Positions 19,045 to 28,551 of a DNA stretch of 54,673 nt are shown here, piece by piece. This stretch comes from Sphaerobacteraceae bacterium. GTDB lineage: Bacteria; Chloroflexota; Chloroflexia; Thermomicrobiales; UBA6265. The stretch spans positions 1 to 54,673 of the forward strand of contig JADDPH010000093.1 in the NCBI GenBank assembly GCA_016781925.1, written 5' to 3'. How positions within the stretch are numbered: the first letter of the stretch is position 1; each line of letters opens with the position of its first letter. The notes beneath the pieces were generated by a model, which had not been told where the DNA came from, made no database searches, and saw only the letters and a list, made by a program, of their open reading frames with translations. The position numbers and the translations under genes were made by a program.

Positions 19045-19509
19045 AGGCTCGTGAGCGATCACCTGTCGCCAGCCGGAAGATTGCGGTAAACTCCTCTCCT
19101 CGACTGGTCGCCCTTCGCGCGACGCGCTTTCCTGCACTGGTTTGCGTCAATCCTCGCTCCTGCCCGCCTGTGCTGGGTCGTCTCCTGCTGTGCCAATCGG
19201 GGCAGGGGATGAGGTGTCGTCGACACGCGATGGAACGTCGATTTTGGGAAGGATCGGCGGAGTGCGGGCCAGGCGAGCACCTGAGGTGAGCAGTTACCTC
19301 GGGTGCGACGAACGGGGGAGGGGAACCCTGTAGCCCGTGGAGACCAGCATCTTGGGATCACGGGTTTCGAGCCGTGGCGAATCCCCGGGGGATTTCGTCT
19401 TCCCGGGGTGTCCCTGAGGTTTACGCTGCGATGATGAAGGTGCGATACGTCACCGCCACGGCGTCGCGGGGAAGCGAACTGCCGTAGGCGGAGCGTTGGG
19501 TGGGGGACG

Positions 19510-19896
19510 ATGACTGACCTTCTCGTAAGGTGGGCTTGGCGTGGAGCCGAAGACGTGCCGATCCAGATCCGGCAGGATGGCGGAGGGGGGCTGGTGGGGA
19601 GCTTCTCCGGCGGCAAGGCTGACGTAGAGTCGTTTGTCTGGCGGCAAGGGCGGGCGGAGGTGACACTCCAGCGGGAGGGCAAGGAGTGGAGCGTCGTCTA
19701 CACATCCGTAGGACGACTCCTCGGGCCGCGCCAGGTCATCTACGCGCAGAAACACCGGCGGGCCACACATGCGGCTTGGGATGTGATGGCCAGAGTGATC
19801 CGGGCATCCCGCGACGAGGAGGAAGGCTTGCGGGTCGCTCGGAGCGCAGCCCAGTGGATGCGCTCCGCTAACCTTCCGGACGAGACGGACGACTAA
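19510..19896 (+). CDS. Hypothetical protein
   Basis: GGGGGA RBS, natural composition, fills the gap before mutM. Confidence 0.65.
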   Translation: MTDLLVRWAWRGAEDVPIQIRQDGGGGLVGSFSGGKADVESFVWRQGRAEVTLQREGKEWSVVYTSVGRLLGPRQVIYAQKHRRATHAAWDVMARVIRASRDEEEGLRVARSAAQWMRSANLPDETDD

Positions 19897-20088
19897 CGGA
19901 ATCCCGCCTTGGCCGATCGCAGGCGCTGAGGCCACAGGTTTTCGTGACGGGTGGCCTCCCTGGAGACAGGTCGAACGGGGCCCGATCCTAGCCGCGGCGA
20001 CGTTGAGTCCTCGGGTTCAGCGACCGACGGGAACGAATGGGGATGCCCTCGGCGACCCGGCGGAGGGAAGTTAGGGAGTTAGGGTGCC

Positions 20089-20955
20089 TTGCCGGAGCTA
20101 CCGGAGGTTGAGACGATCCGCCGGATCGTTGAGCGAGGGTTGGTCGGTCGCGAGATCGAAGCGATCGATCTTCGCCTGCCCAAGCTGCTCCGCACCTCGC
20201 CACTCCCGACGCTCGAACCACTCATCGGTCAGCGTGTCCTCGCGGCTAGACGGCGGGCCAAAGTCCTGGTGATCGACTACTCCGGTAGTCTCAGCCTGAT
20301 GATCCATTTCAAGCTGGCAGGGCAACTGTCGGTCCACACCGAGGGGGGAGATCGTCATACCGCCGGTCATCCCGTCCCGGACCCGTTAGGACCATACCCC
20401 CATCGAACGACCCATCTGATCGTGCGGTTCTCCGGCGGAGCGATCGCCTATCTGAGCGATGTGCGTCAGTTCGGGTGGCTGCGGCTGCTTCCGACGCCTC
20501 AGGTCGAATGGGCCCTTGACGGCTTTGGCTTCGGCCCGGAAGCGGTGGGCGACGGCTCGATCGGCCGTGAGGATCTTGCGGCGCGGCTCGCGCGCCGGCG
20601 CATCCCCGTGAAACTCGCTCTGCTGGACCAGGGCGTGCTTGCCGGGCTCGGCAACATCTACGTCGACGAGGCACTTCACCGCGCTCGCCTCCATCCTGAG
20701 CGCCCGGCCAACAGTCTCCATGATGACGAACTGGACCGTCTCCATGCTGCCATCTCCTGGTCGTTGGAGCGCGGGATCGAGCAGGGCGGCGCCAAGATCG
20801 TTCACAACCGGGCCTACCCGCGCGATGGCTTCCCCCAGGTCCATGCCCGGGTGAACGAACCCTGCCCAACATGCGCCACCCCGGTCGTCAAAATCCGTGT
20901 CGGCGGTCGCGGCACCTATCTTTGTCCGGGTTGCCAGCAACTGGCTGGTCGCTAG
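20089..20955 (+). CDS. mutM: Formamidopyrimidine-DNA glycosylase
   Basis: N-terminal PELPEVE, RRAK, DVRQFG, GLGNIYVDE and C-terminal CxxC..CxxCQ zinc finger. Confidence 0.93.
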   Translation: MPELPEVETIRRIVERGLVGREIEAIDLRLPKLLRTSPLPTLEPLIGQRVLAARRRAKVLVIDYSGSLSLMIHFKLAGQLSVHTEGGDRHTAGHPVPDPLGPYPHRTTHLIVRFSGGAIAYLSDVRQFGWLRLLPTPQVEWALDGFGFGPEAVGDGSIGREDLAARLARRRIPVKLALLDQGVLAGLGNIYVDEALHRARLHPERPANSLHDDELDRLHAAISWSLERGIEQGGAKIVHNRAYPRDGFPQVHARVNEPCPTCATPVVKIRVGGRGTYLCPGCQQLAGR

Positions 20956-22010
20956 GGGCGAAAGTCGGACTCCGGCGTGATGGTACGGGCGAACTCGGCG
21001 ATCAACCGGGCAGCATTGTCCAGGTCGGTCAAACTGACAACCTCGTTGGGGGAGTGCATGTAACGGTTCGGGATGGAAACGAGGCCTGTCGCCGTGCCGG
21101 CGCCGGATCGAATCATCGCATCGGCGTCGGTCCCGCTAGAGCGGCCTGCTCCCTGCACCGGACAGGTAAGCCCGAGCCGCTCCCCGGCTGCTTGGAGCCC
21201 CTCAAAGACGATGGGATTGATCGACGAGCCGCGCGTCAGCACCGGCCCGCCCCCAAGCTTGACGTCGCCGTCGGACTTCTTATTGGCCCCGGGGTAGTCC
21301 GTCGCGTGCGTGACGTCGATCGCGATTGCCACATCGGGCGCAATCCGGAATGACGCGGTAAAGGCGCCGGCGAACGAGATCTCCTCCTGGGTGGCCGCGA
21401 GGGCGTAGACATCCACGTCTGGCCGTTCGTCCGCGAGCAGCCGTGCGGCCTCCAGGGCGACGAAGGCGCCAACCCGGTTATCCATGCTGCGGGAGACGCT
21501 AAGGTCATCCGTGAGGGTCACGAACCCCGCGTCGATTACGGCGGCGTCGCCGACAGCCACCCGAGCTTTGGCAGCCTCACGACCGGCGGCTCCGATGTCG
21601 AACCAGAGGTCGCGGGTCTCGGTCACCTTCTTCCGGTCATCGTCGCGAAGGAGGTGGGCCGCCTTCTTGCCAACCACCCCAAGCACCTCCCCGTTCCGGG
21701 TGGCGATGCGCACCCGCTGGCCGATTACTACTTGGTCATCCCAGCCGCCAATCTGCTCGAACCAGAGAAAGCCCTCCTCGTCGATATGGGTGATGAGGAA
21801 CCCGATCTCGTCGATGTGCCCCTCGATGACGACCTTGGGACGGCCATCCCGCCGGAGACGAGCGTAGGAATTGCCGAGGACATCACCGTAGACCTCGTCA
21901 GCGAAGGTCTCAGCTTCCTGGCGCCACACCCGCGCCGGTGCGCGCTCGTAGCCAGAAGGGCCGGGGGCGTCGAGCAGGCGCCGAAGGAAGTCGGAGGCTC
22001 GCTGGTCCAT
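20952..22010 (-). CDS. M42 family aminopeptidase
   Basis: GPSGYE, HIDEIG, DNR, QEE, DVT, GTDAD and RYMHSPNE; ATG 22010 with AAGGA RBS. Confidence 0.92.
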   Translation of the reverse strand: MDQRASDFLRRLLDAPGPSGYERAPARVWRQEAETFADEVYGDVLGNSYARLRRDGRPKVVIEGHIDEIGFLITHIDEEGFLWFEQIGGWDDQVVIGQRVRIATRNGEVLGVVGKKAAHLLRDDDRKKVTETRDLWFDIGAAGREAAKARVAVGDAAVIDAGFVTLTDDLSVSRSMDNRVGAFVALEAARLLADERPDVDVYALAATQEEISFAGAFTASFRIAPDVAIAIDVTHATDYPGANKKSDGDVKLGGGPVLTRGSSINPIVFEGLQAAGERLGLTCPVQGAGRSSGTDADAMIRSGAGTATGLVSIPNRYMHSPNEVVSLTDLDNAARLIAEFARTITPESDFRP

Positions 22011-22151
22011 CTCGTGAAGGTCCTTTCTCAATTGCTCACTTGCGATGTATGACGGCTTTCGCTTGTCGGGTGGTCCGCCTGTGGGTCCACCGCCGACCGG
22101 CGTAGGCCCGGCGGATGATACAACCCGGCGTGCCACGCTGACCGTGAGCTG

Positions 22152-22880
22152 CTACCGGTGTTCGCCTAGGGCGCGCCGAATGGGAGGAGCGAGGAGGTCG
22201 GCGAGGCGGGCGTGGCCGCGTGCCGAGAGGAGGATCTCCGGGTCGTCCAGGTACTGAACATGCACCGCGATGTCTTCGGGTCCGACGCGGTCATCAATCA
22301 CCACTGCGCCAAGTGCCGACCCTAGCCGCATGATGGAGGCGTTCCAGCGCTCCACATGAAGGCGAAGGAGTTCCTGGGAGAAGCCGATGGACTCGAGCTC
22401 TGGCTGGCCCGTGACATCCGGCACCGTGGCAAGGACGAGTGCGCATCCCGCGGCCGAGAGCCGTGCGAGGACCGCGAGAAGATCCTCCTCGAAGGCGTCA
22501 ATGGAGATTCCACCTAGCAGATCGTCCAGCCCGGTCCAGAGGGCAGCCACATCCGGTGCAGAATCGAGGCCCTCCGGGAGCTGGTCGCGTCGGACCTCGG
22601 CGACCGTCGCGCGGGGAGTTGACAGGTCGTACCCGACGGCTTCCGGCGGGAGCCTCTCGCTCAACAGGGAGACCCATGTGGCGGGCGGCTCATCCTGGTC
22701 CGCGCGCTCCATTGTCCCAGATGAGCCCAGGGCGAGCCAAACTTGGCGTTTTGGGTTAGGCGAGCGACGCGGCGGCGGGTGGAGATCGGCCTCGGGCTCG
22801 GGCGTCTCGGTCGCGTAGGCGGCAACTACCGCGACCAAAGCGCACAGGACCATCGCGAGGACGAGCCAGTACCCGATCAA
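22152..22880 (-). CDS. Membrane-anchored SGNH/GDSL-fold protein with atypical motifs
   Basis: N-terminal TM; LALGSS, WTGLDDL and LSARGH blocks. Confidence 0.65.
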   Translation of the reverse strand: MIGYWLVLAMVLCALVAVVAAYATETPEPEADLHPPPRRSPNPKRQVWLALGSSGTMERADQDEPPATWVSLLSERLPPEAVGYDLSTPRATVAEVRRDQLPEGLDSAPDVAALWTGLDDLLGGISIDAFEEDLLAVLARLSAAGCALVLATVPDVTGQPELESIGFSQELLRLHVERWNASIMRLGSALGAVVIDDRVGPEDIAVHVQYLDDPEILLSARGHARLADLLAPPIRRALGEHR

Positions 22881-23035
22881 GAGTAAGCTGCCAAACGAAC
22901 AAAAGGCTTTCCGGCCGAATGCTGTCGTGGACCGGTGACGCTTCGAATTCCATGTTCCAAGCGCGTTCCTTGGCGGCGGTCACCGGCAGATGTCTGCGGA
23001 AGATTGGTAGCGCGGGTAAGCCGCACGGCCATCAG

Positions 23036-23932
23036 CTAGGCCGGTGCCGGATGGGACGATGCCATCCGCAAGGCAGCGACCGCGGAAGTCACCTTGCCCG
23101 TGTCGACCCCGGTCCCGATGCCGCGATGTTCGAGATGGGAGACGAGGGTTTCGGTGGCGAGATTGCCCGGCGCGCCGGGTGCAAAGGGGCACCCCCCGAG
23201 GCCACCGGCGGAGCTGTCAAAGGTTCGGATGCCGGCGTGAAGTCCGGCATCAACGTTCGCCAACGCCATCCCTCCGGTGTCGTGGAAATGGAGCGCCAAG
23301 CGATCGACGGGCACATCCGCAAGGAGGTCGTCCAGAAGCGCATCGACCTCCGGCGGCGTCGCGGCCCCGATCGTGTCGGCAATCGCCACCTCGTCGCAGC
23401 CGAGGTCGAGAAGGCGATGGGCCACGGCCACGACGGCGTCCGGGAGAACGGAACCGCTGTAGGGGCAATGAAAGGCGACGGAGATATAGCCGCGGAGCCA
23501 GAGACGATCGGACCGGGCGCGGGAGGCGATGGCCGCAAACCGCTCGAACGTCTCGTCGATCGATCCCCGCAAATTGGCCTGGCTGAACGCCTCAGTGGCC
23601 GATGCGAAGACGGCGATGGCATCGGCTCCGGCCGCCAATGCTCGGTCCAGACCTCGGAGGTTTGGCACCAGCACCGGATACCGGACACCTTTGCGCCGTC
23701 TGACACGGCTCAACACCTCCGCGGCGTCCACGAGCTGTGGAACGGCCGAGGGGCTGACAAAGCTCGTGACCTCAACGACGGGCAGACCGGCGTCCGCGAG
23801 TGCCTCGACGAAGGCGACCTTCACCTCGGTCGGAACGAGCGCCGGTTCGGTCTGCAGGCCGTCCCGGGGACCAACTTCGACGATGGTCACCCGCCGAGGG
23901 ATCTCCTCTTCAGTCAATTCAGGCATGGGCAT
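23036..23932 (-). CDS. Hydroxymethylglutaryl-CoA lyase
   Basis: EVGPRDGLQ, SFVSP, ADTIG, HFHDT and GLGGCPFAPGAPGNLATE motifs. Confidence 0.93.
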   Translation of the reverse strand: MPMPELTEEEIPRRVTIVEVGPRDGLQTEPALVPTEVKVAFVEALADAGLPVVEVTSFVSPSAVPQLVDAAEVLSRVRRRKGVRYPVLVPNLRGLDRALAAGADAIAVFASATEAFSQANLRGSIDETFERFAAIASRARSDRLWLRGYISVAFHCPYSGSVLPDAVVAVAHRLLDLGCDEVAIADTIGAATPPEVDALLDDLLADVPVDRLALHFHDTGGMALANVDAGLHAGIRTFDSSAGGLGGCPFAPGAPGNLATETLVSHLEHRGIGTGVDTGKVTSAVAALRMASSHPAPA

Positions 23933-24354
23933 CCCTCTGCTTCAGGCACGTGTAATCGAGAGGACCGACGGACTACCTCCGTACAGCCGGGCACCCGTCT
24001 CGCCGACGACCAGACCCACGGGCGTAGCGGAAGGCTATCTTGTCGGCCCAGGGATGGGGACGGTCCAGGGCCCTGGTTCCTCTCCTGTCACCAAGGAAAG
24101 GATACGGGATAGAGACTTCTGAGAGACCTCCTACCGCACCCACGACCTCGTCTTAGTCGCGCCGATGGTGCTCACCGCTGCTGGGGCGGACGACACCGTC
24201 AAAGGCATCTGGATGCGGACGATGGGAATGGCCGCGCTGCTCGGTGCAGGGGTCGGCGCTCCGCAGTTGGTCGTTGACGCCGTTGGTGATGTCAGCCTGG
24301 GCACCGGATCTGGCGAAGTTGTTGCAATGACGGCCGGCACACGGGTCAACCGGC

Positions 24355-25227
24355 TCAGTGTCCTTTGGGTCGCCGATGAGACCAGGGCGGCGGTGGGATG
24401 ACACCAGCGGTGCGTGCCAGCATCACGGTCGATGCCGCGGTGGGAGACGGACTTGGGGACGGGGTGAAGGTAGCGGTCGGAGCAGGTGTTGGGGTGAGGG
24501 AGGGGGCCGCGGCAAAGAGCGGGGGTGCTGGAACTGCTCCGGAAGTCGGTGCGGGGATCGGTGTCGATGCCGGTTGCATGGTTGGAGACTGGGTAGCCGT
24601 TGGAGGCGGCGGCGCGGTCGCTACTGAGGTGGCCGTAGGCCCGGGAGTTGCCGTTGGTGACGGCACCGGCGTGGGTGACGGGGTAGGAGACAGGAGCATG
24701 ACAGCCGTTGGCGGCAGCGGGATTACACCCCTCGTCGGTGCCGGTGCAATGGTAGGCGTTGGGGTTGGCGCAGGCGTCGCGGTCCTGGTGGGCGGCGCCG
24801 TCACGCTCACCGCTGGGCTTGGCACCGGCGTGGCCGTGTCCAGGGGCACGAGCGTGGGTGGCAGCATCAAGAGACCGCTGGTTGGCGCGGGGCCGGGCGC
24901 CGAGGTGCCGGGGGCTTGGGCTGCTGGCGAGCCCTCGCCCGCGGACTCTTCAAGCGGCGAAGCACCCGCTTCTAATGTTGCGGTTCCGGCCCGCGTTGGC
25001 GTTGCGACCGCCGCCTCTGGTGTTGGGGAAGCGTTGCCTGGGGTAGTGGCTTCGATCACGGGGGCGGTCGTGGCGACCGCTTGGGCTGCAGGAGCAGCCG
25101 GAGCGACTGTGGGAGGAGCGGTGGGGTTGGGCTCTTCCCGATCTCCGCAAGCGGCCAGCACAAGCGGAACCAAGAGGCCAAGAAGCACCAGCCGGGTCAG
25201 GCGTTGGGCAGCTTGTCCACGTTGCAT
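24355..25227 (-). CDS. Pro/Thr/Ala-rich lipoprotein
   Basis: ATG 25227 with AGAGGA RBS; signal peptide with LAAC lipobox; low-complexity body. Confidence 0.7.
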   Translation of the reverse strand: MQRGQAAQRLTRLVLLGLLVPLVLAACGDREEPNPTAPPTVAPAAPAAQAVATTAPVIEATTPGNASPTPEAAVATPTRAGTATLEAGASPLEESAGEGSPAAQAPGTSAPGPAPTSGLLMLPPTLVPLDTATPVPSPAVSVTAPPTRTATPAPTPTPTIAPAPTRGVIPLPPTAVMLLSPTPSPTPVPSPTATPGPTATSVATAPPPPTATQSPTMQPASTPIPAPTSGAVPAPPLFAAAPSLTPTPAPTATFTPSPSPSPTAASTVMLARTAGVIPPPPWSHRRPKGH

Positions 25228-25503
25228 CCGTCCTCTTTGTTGCGTGGAGCCGGAAGTCACCCCGCCTGCCGGTCCGCGGCTGCCGATTCCTCCCCAGCTG
25301 CTGGGGATCCCTTTGGAATGCGGTCATCCAGGGGCGGTTGAAGCATCCGCAACGAAGGTATTTGGTGGGGAGAACAGTCGACGCCCAATATTTGAATCCC
25401 GCTACCCTTCCTCCCGAAAAGGACGTGGGTCGATCAGCTCGGCCTTGGCAGAATGGCTCGGTAGACCAGCATCGGGCTGCGCGATGGTGGCTCCGGGGAG
25501 GAA

Positions 25504-25555
25504 GGGATGGCCGAATCCCGGCCCTCAAGCCTGAGGTCCGGGGTTCGGCCATCCT
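25504..25555. repeat. Long inverted repeat / hairpin
   Basis: GGATGGCCGAATCCCGG ... CCGGGGTTCGGCCATCC with inner CCTCA/TGAGG. Confidence 0.7.
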
Positions 25556-25607
25556 CACACCATACCTGCCCACCCGAAACCTTAGAGGCAGCTACGCACC
25601 TGAGGAG

Positions 25608-25714
25608 GAGAAAACCGAGACCGGACACGGATGCCGCGGAAGGGAGTCCTCGAGGTCTCCATTCCCTCATGCTCGCCGGGTCCCTGGCGAGCGGCCGCGT
25701 GTCCTTGGCCTCGT
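25608..25714 (-). ncRNA. Candidate SOS-regulated small RNA
   Basis: Starts ~7 nt after the -10 box. 5' CGAGGCC and GGACACG pair with GGUCUCG and CGUGUCC (25616-25629), enclosing two hairpins; followed by UUUUCUCCUCC. Confidence 0.45.
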
Positions 25715-25720
25715 ACGTAC

Positions 25721-25749
25721 ACGATAGAACGGGCGTTCGTATTTGTCAA
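25721..25749 (-). promoter_or_regulatory. sigma70 promoter with LexA (Cheo-type) box in the spacer
   Basis: TTGACA (25749-25744)-17 nt-TATCGT (25726-25721); the spacer carries CGAAC-GCCC-GTTCT. Confidence 0.75.
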
Positions 25750-26346
25750 GAGGCAGCGCGAATCAACCCACCGTATCCGGCCCGGGATGCCGTTCCATGT
25801 GCTTTGCAGGCACGGTTCTTCGACGTGAAGCTTGCCTGCGCCTCGGGCCATTGAAACGGGTCCGGTCGCCAGGCCCGGCACTCCCCTCCGACCGACGCGT
25901 GTCTGCGATAGCGACCAGGGAGCCGGCGAACATGCACCCTCTCGGGGCAGTGGACGGAGTCAGCAACTCCCGCTCCCCTCGTGAATGGGACGCATGTGCC
26001 ACGCCGGACCACCCGCGTGTGCAGCATCGGCGTTATGGACCCTGCGACCAGGTGGCGTTCCCCATCAAGGGGGACAACGCGGGCGATCCTGTCCCGCCGC
26101 CTGCGGCGGCATCCCGCCAGCCGGACCCAGCGGGTCGCCCGGGCCTGCCAGCCGGTCCAGGAATGGCTTGGGCCGCTTCGCACCGCACCGCCAGGCGGGC
26201 CTCACAGTCGGTCTCGATCTGGTTCCCGGCGGTATGGAGAGGGTCCGCGCGTCAGACGCGCACCACCACAAGGCCGACTCGGACACCGACCGGCCACGCT
26301 TGCAAAGCCGGTGGCCGCCGGGCCGCCGCTTTGCTAAACTGACGAG

Positions 26347-26435
26347 GGAGAGGTGTCCGAGTGGTTGAAGGTGCCGCTCTCGAAAAGCGGTGAGGTGTTG
26401 AGCCTCCGTGGGTTCGAATCCCACCCTCTCCGCCA
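26347..26435 (+). tRNA. tRNA-Ser(CGA)
   Basis: GGAGAGG/CCTCTCC acceptor stem, CGA anticodon, long variable arm, GGTTCGAATCC, encoded CCA; TGcTAAACT extended -10 upstream. Confidence 0.97.
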
Positions 26436-26466
26436 CATGGGTCCACTGTGGTCTACACCCACTCCC

Positions 26467-26556
26467 GGAAGGGTCGCATAGCCTGGCCTAGTGCGCGCGA
26501 CTGGAAATCGCGTAGGCGGTAACTCCGCCTCGAGGGTTCGAATCCCTCCCCTTCCG
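26467..26556 (+). tRNA. tRNA-Ser(GGA)
   Basis: GGAAGGG/CCCTTCC acceptor stem, GGA anticodon, long variable arm; CCA not encoded. Confidence 0.96.
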
Positions 26557-26791
26557 CCCCCCTCATCCCCCGTTGCGCCAAGAGCAGGACCGCTCACGCC
26601 GTGGATCCTCCATCCTATCCGGCCCTGCCCGGATCGCCGGAACGCTATCCACGGCCGTCGCTCTTAGCCGCAAGTCCAAGAAGTGATGCACACTCGGCTG
26701 GCGATTCATTGAACGATGAAAGCCCCTGCAAGATCACATTAAATCGGGTAATGGGCCTACCCTGTTGCCTGCCCCTTCCCCACGGTGTCGA

Positions 26792-28240
26792 TTACGGAGC
26801 CACCGAGTCCCGCTCAACAGGAAGACTTCCGGCAAGGTCTGCACAGCGGTCCGCGAGTGTTTCATAGGGAGCTGCCCGAGCGAAATCTGTGACCGCATGG
26901 CTATATGCCTGCAAGCCCAATGCAACCGCGGATCGGTCGCTCTCGAGGTCGTATCCGTCCCTTCCAGCCTCCGAGAAACGATTCATGGCCGTCTCCAACT
27001 CCGCGAACACGGAGATTAGGAGGTCATTGAGCTCCTCAGCCGCCCCCGGTGGACTACTCTCACGCTGCTGTTCAGCTAACTCTCCGAATCGGGAACCGAA
27101 GCTCGCACTAGTTTGCGGTGACTGGACAGACTTCGGACCCACTTGACCGAGAAGGACCATCAACGCTTGAGCCTCCCGCCTCCGCTCCGCCGTCTCTGAC
27201 CACCACCGCTCTACGTCGGAGCAGTCGGTTGTGTCCGGACCAGGCGTGGGCGTGGGCTTGGCGGGTTGATCGTCAGCCCCCCCGGGCAGCTCCTCCGTCA
27301 CTAACTCCACGAGCTCCGGTACCGCCTCAGGGTCGTTCTGATCCTCCGGGGCGCTGAGTGTACGCAGGAGCACTGCCTCGCCGGGAGCAAGGGAGCGCAC
27401 CGTCATTGTTTCCACCATGGCGATCCCGGTGGCGGTGGTGTATCGAAGGAGCAGGGTGGTTGACGCCTGTTCCTCCGCGTCGACGCTCTCGATGGTCGCC
27501 CCGGGGGTGTTCAGCCGCCGATCCTCGCCGTACGCTTGCAACGCTTCCTCCTCACTAAGGTCGGTGAAGAGGCCACGGTACTCAAGGTAGATATCTCCGG
27601 CCGTCAGACGGAAGTCGTCTCTATCGTTCGGCACGGATGTCGTTGCCCCCGGATCCCATGGTGCTTGCCATGTGACCCGGTAGCCAAACTGGGGGCTCGT
27701 GTAGGTGTTGCCGCTGATCGGCTCCTCTGTTGTCGCCGGCGGAGCCGCCTCGTCCTCCGGCGCGTCAGGCTCCGGCTCTCCGCCGAAGCGAGCGATTTGA
27801 GCATCGACGAACGCCCTGTCCCGCCCGAAGAACCATCGCCATTCGCCGCCGCTCTCGACCAGGCGGAGGACACCCTCCGTAACGGTGCCATCCGCGTAAG
27901 GCTGTGAGAAGGTAACCTCCGCGGTGCCCGGATACGTGACTCCGGTGACCCCCCATGTCCAGTCGACGAAACTCACTGAGAGTACGGTGATCACGCCCGG
28001 TCCAAGGGGCGCCGACTCCGCTTCGTACCATCCGACCACAGCTTGACGCGGCACGACTGCCTGCGCATCCGGGTGCATGCGGTCGTAGAGGGCGTCATAC
28101 CCACCTTCGGCTTCCAAGCGGGAAAGGTCCACCGCGGCCGCCGCGGCGTCGGCCGCACGATCCTGAGCAACGGCTGGATGAGGCAAGCCGCCTAGGAGGA
28201 GAAGCAGACTCAGGAACGGGACGAGGGGAACCCGGTACAT
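26792..28240 (-). CDS. Secreted multidomain hypothetical protein
   Basis: GGAGG RBS, signal peptide (AVA-Q), NTF2-like-looking N domain, YTSPQFGY (PsbP-like) middle domain and helical C domain. Confidence 0.7.
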   Translation of the reverse strand: MYRVPLVPFLSLLLLLGGLPHPAVAQDRAADAAAAAVDLSRLEAEGGYDALYDRMHPDAQAVVPRQAVVGWYEAESAPLGPGVITVLSVSFVDWTWGVTGVTYPGTAEVTFSQPYADGTVTEGVLRLVESGGEWRWFFGRDRAFVDAQIARFGGEPEPDAPEDEAAPPATTEEPISGNTYTSPQFGYRVTWQAPWDPGATTSVPNDRDDFRLTAGDIYLEYRGLFTDLSEEEALQAYGEDRRLNTPGATIESVDAEEQASTTLLLRYTTATGIAMVETMTVRSLAPGEAVLLRTLSAPEDQNDPEAVPELVELVTEELPGGADDQPAKPTPTPGPDTTDCSDVERWWSETAERRREAQALMVLLGQVGPKSVQSPQTSASFGSRFGELAEQQRESSPPGAAEELNDLLISVFAELETAMNRFSEAGRDGYDLESDRSAVALGLQAYSHAVTDFARAAPYETLADRCADLAGSLPVERDSVAP

Positions 28241-28551
28241 CACGGCCTCCGTGAGTGGAAAAGGTCGGTGCGCAGGCAAGCCTGCAGCCGAATCATACTC
28301 AAGCGACCGATGAGGGCATGACGGAGCCCCGCCTTGCTCCGGTCCTTCCTAGCCAAAGGTGACCTGTGGTGGTCAACGCTGTGAGCGGCCAGCCGCGATG
28401 TGACAACCCCGCGCTGATCCGTCCGCGAGGAGGGCAGATCCGACAACCCGCCGAGATGGCCGATCCAGCGGTCATAGGACAGCCGCTGGAGCCCCCAGTG
28501 TGGCCTCGAGCATCGACACCGGCGAAGACCACGGCGTTCGGAAGCACGTCC

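Noticed and set aside
24398-25534. 378-aa Gly/Val-rich plus-strand ORF
   Set aside because: Antisense shadow of the Pro/Thr-rich lipoprotein.
26560-26790. SRP RNA or prophage/ICE next to tRNA-Ser
   Set aside because: No SRP domain IV motif, integrase or duplicated tRNA 3' end was seen.
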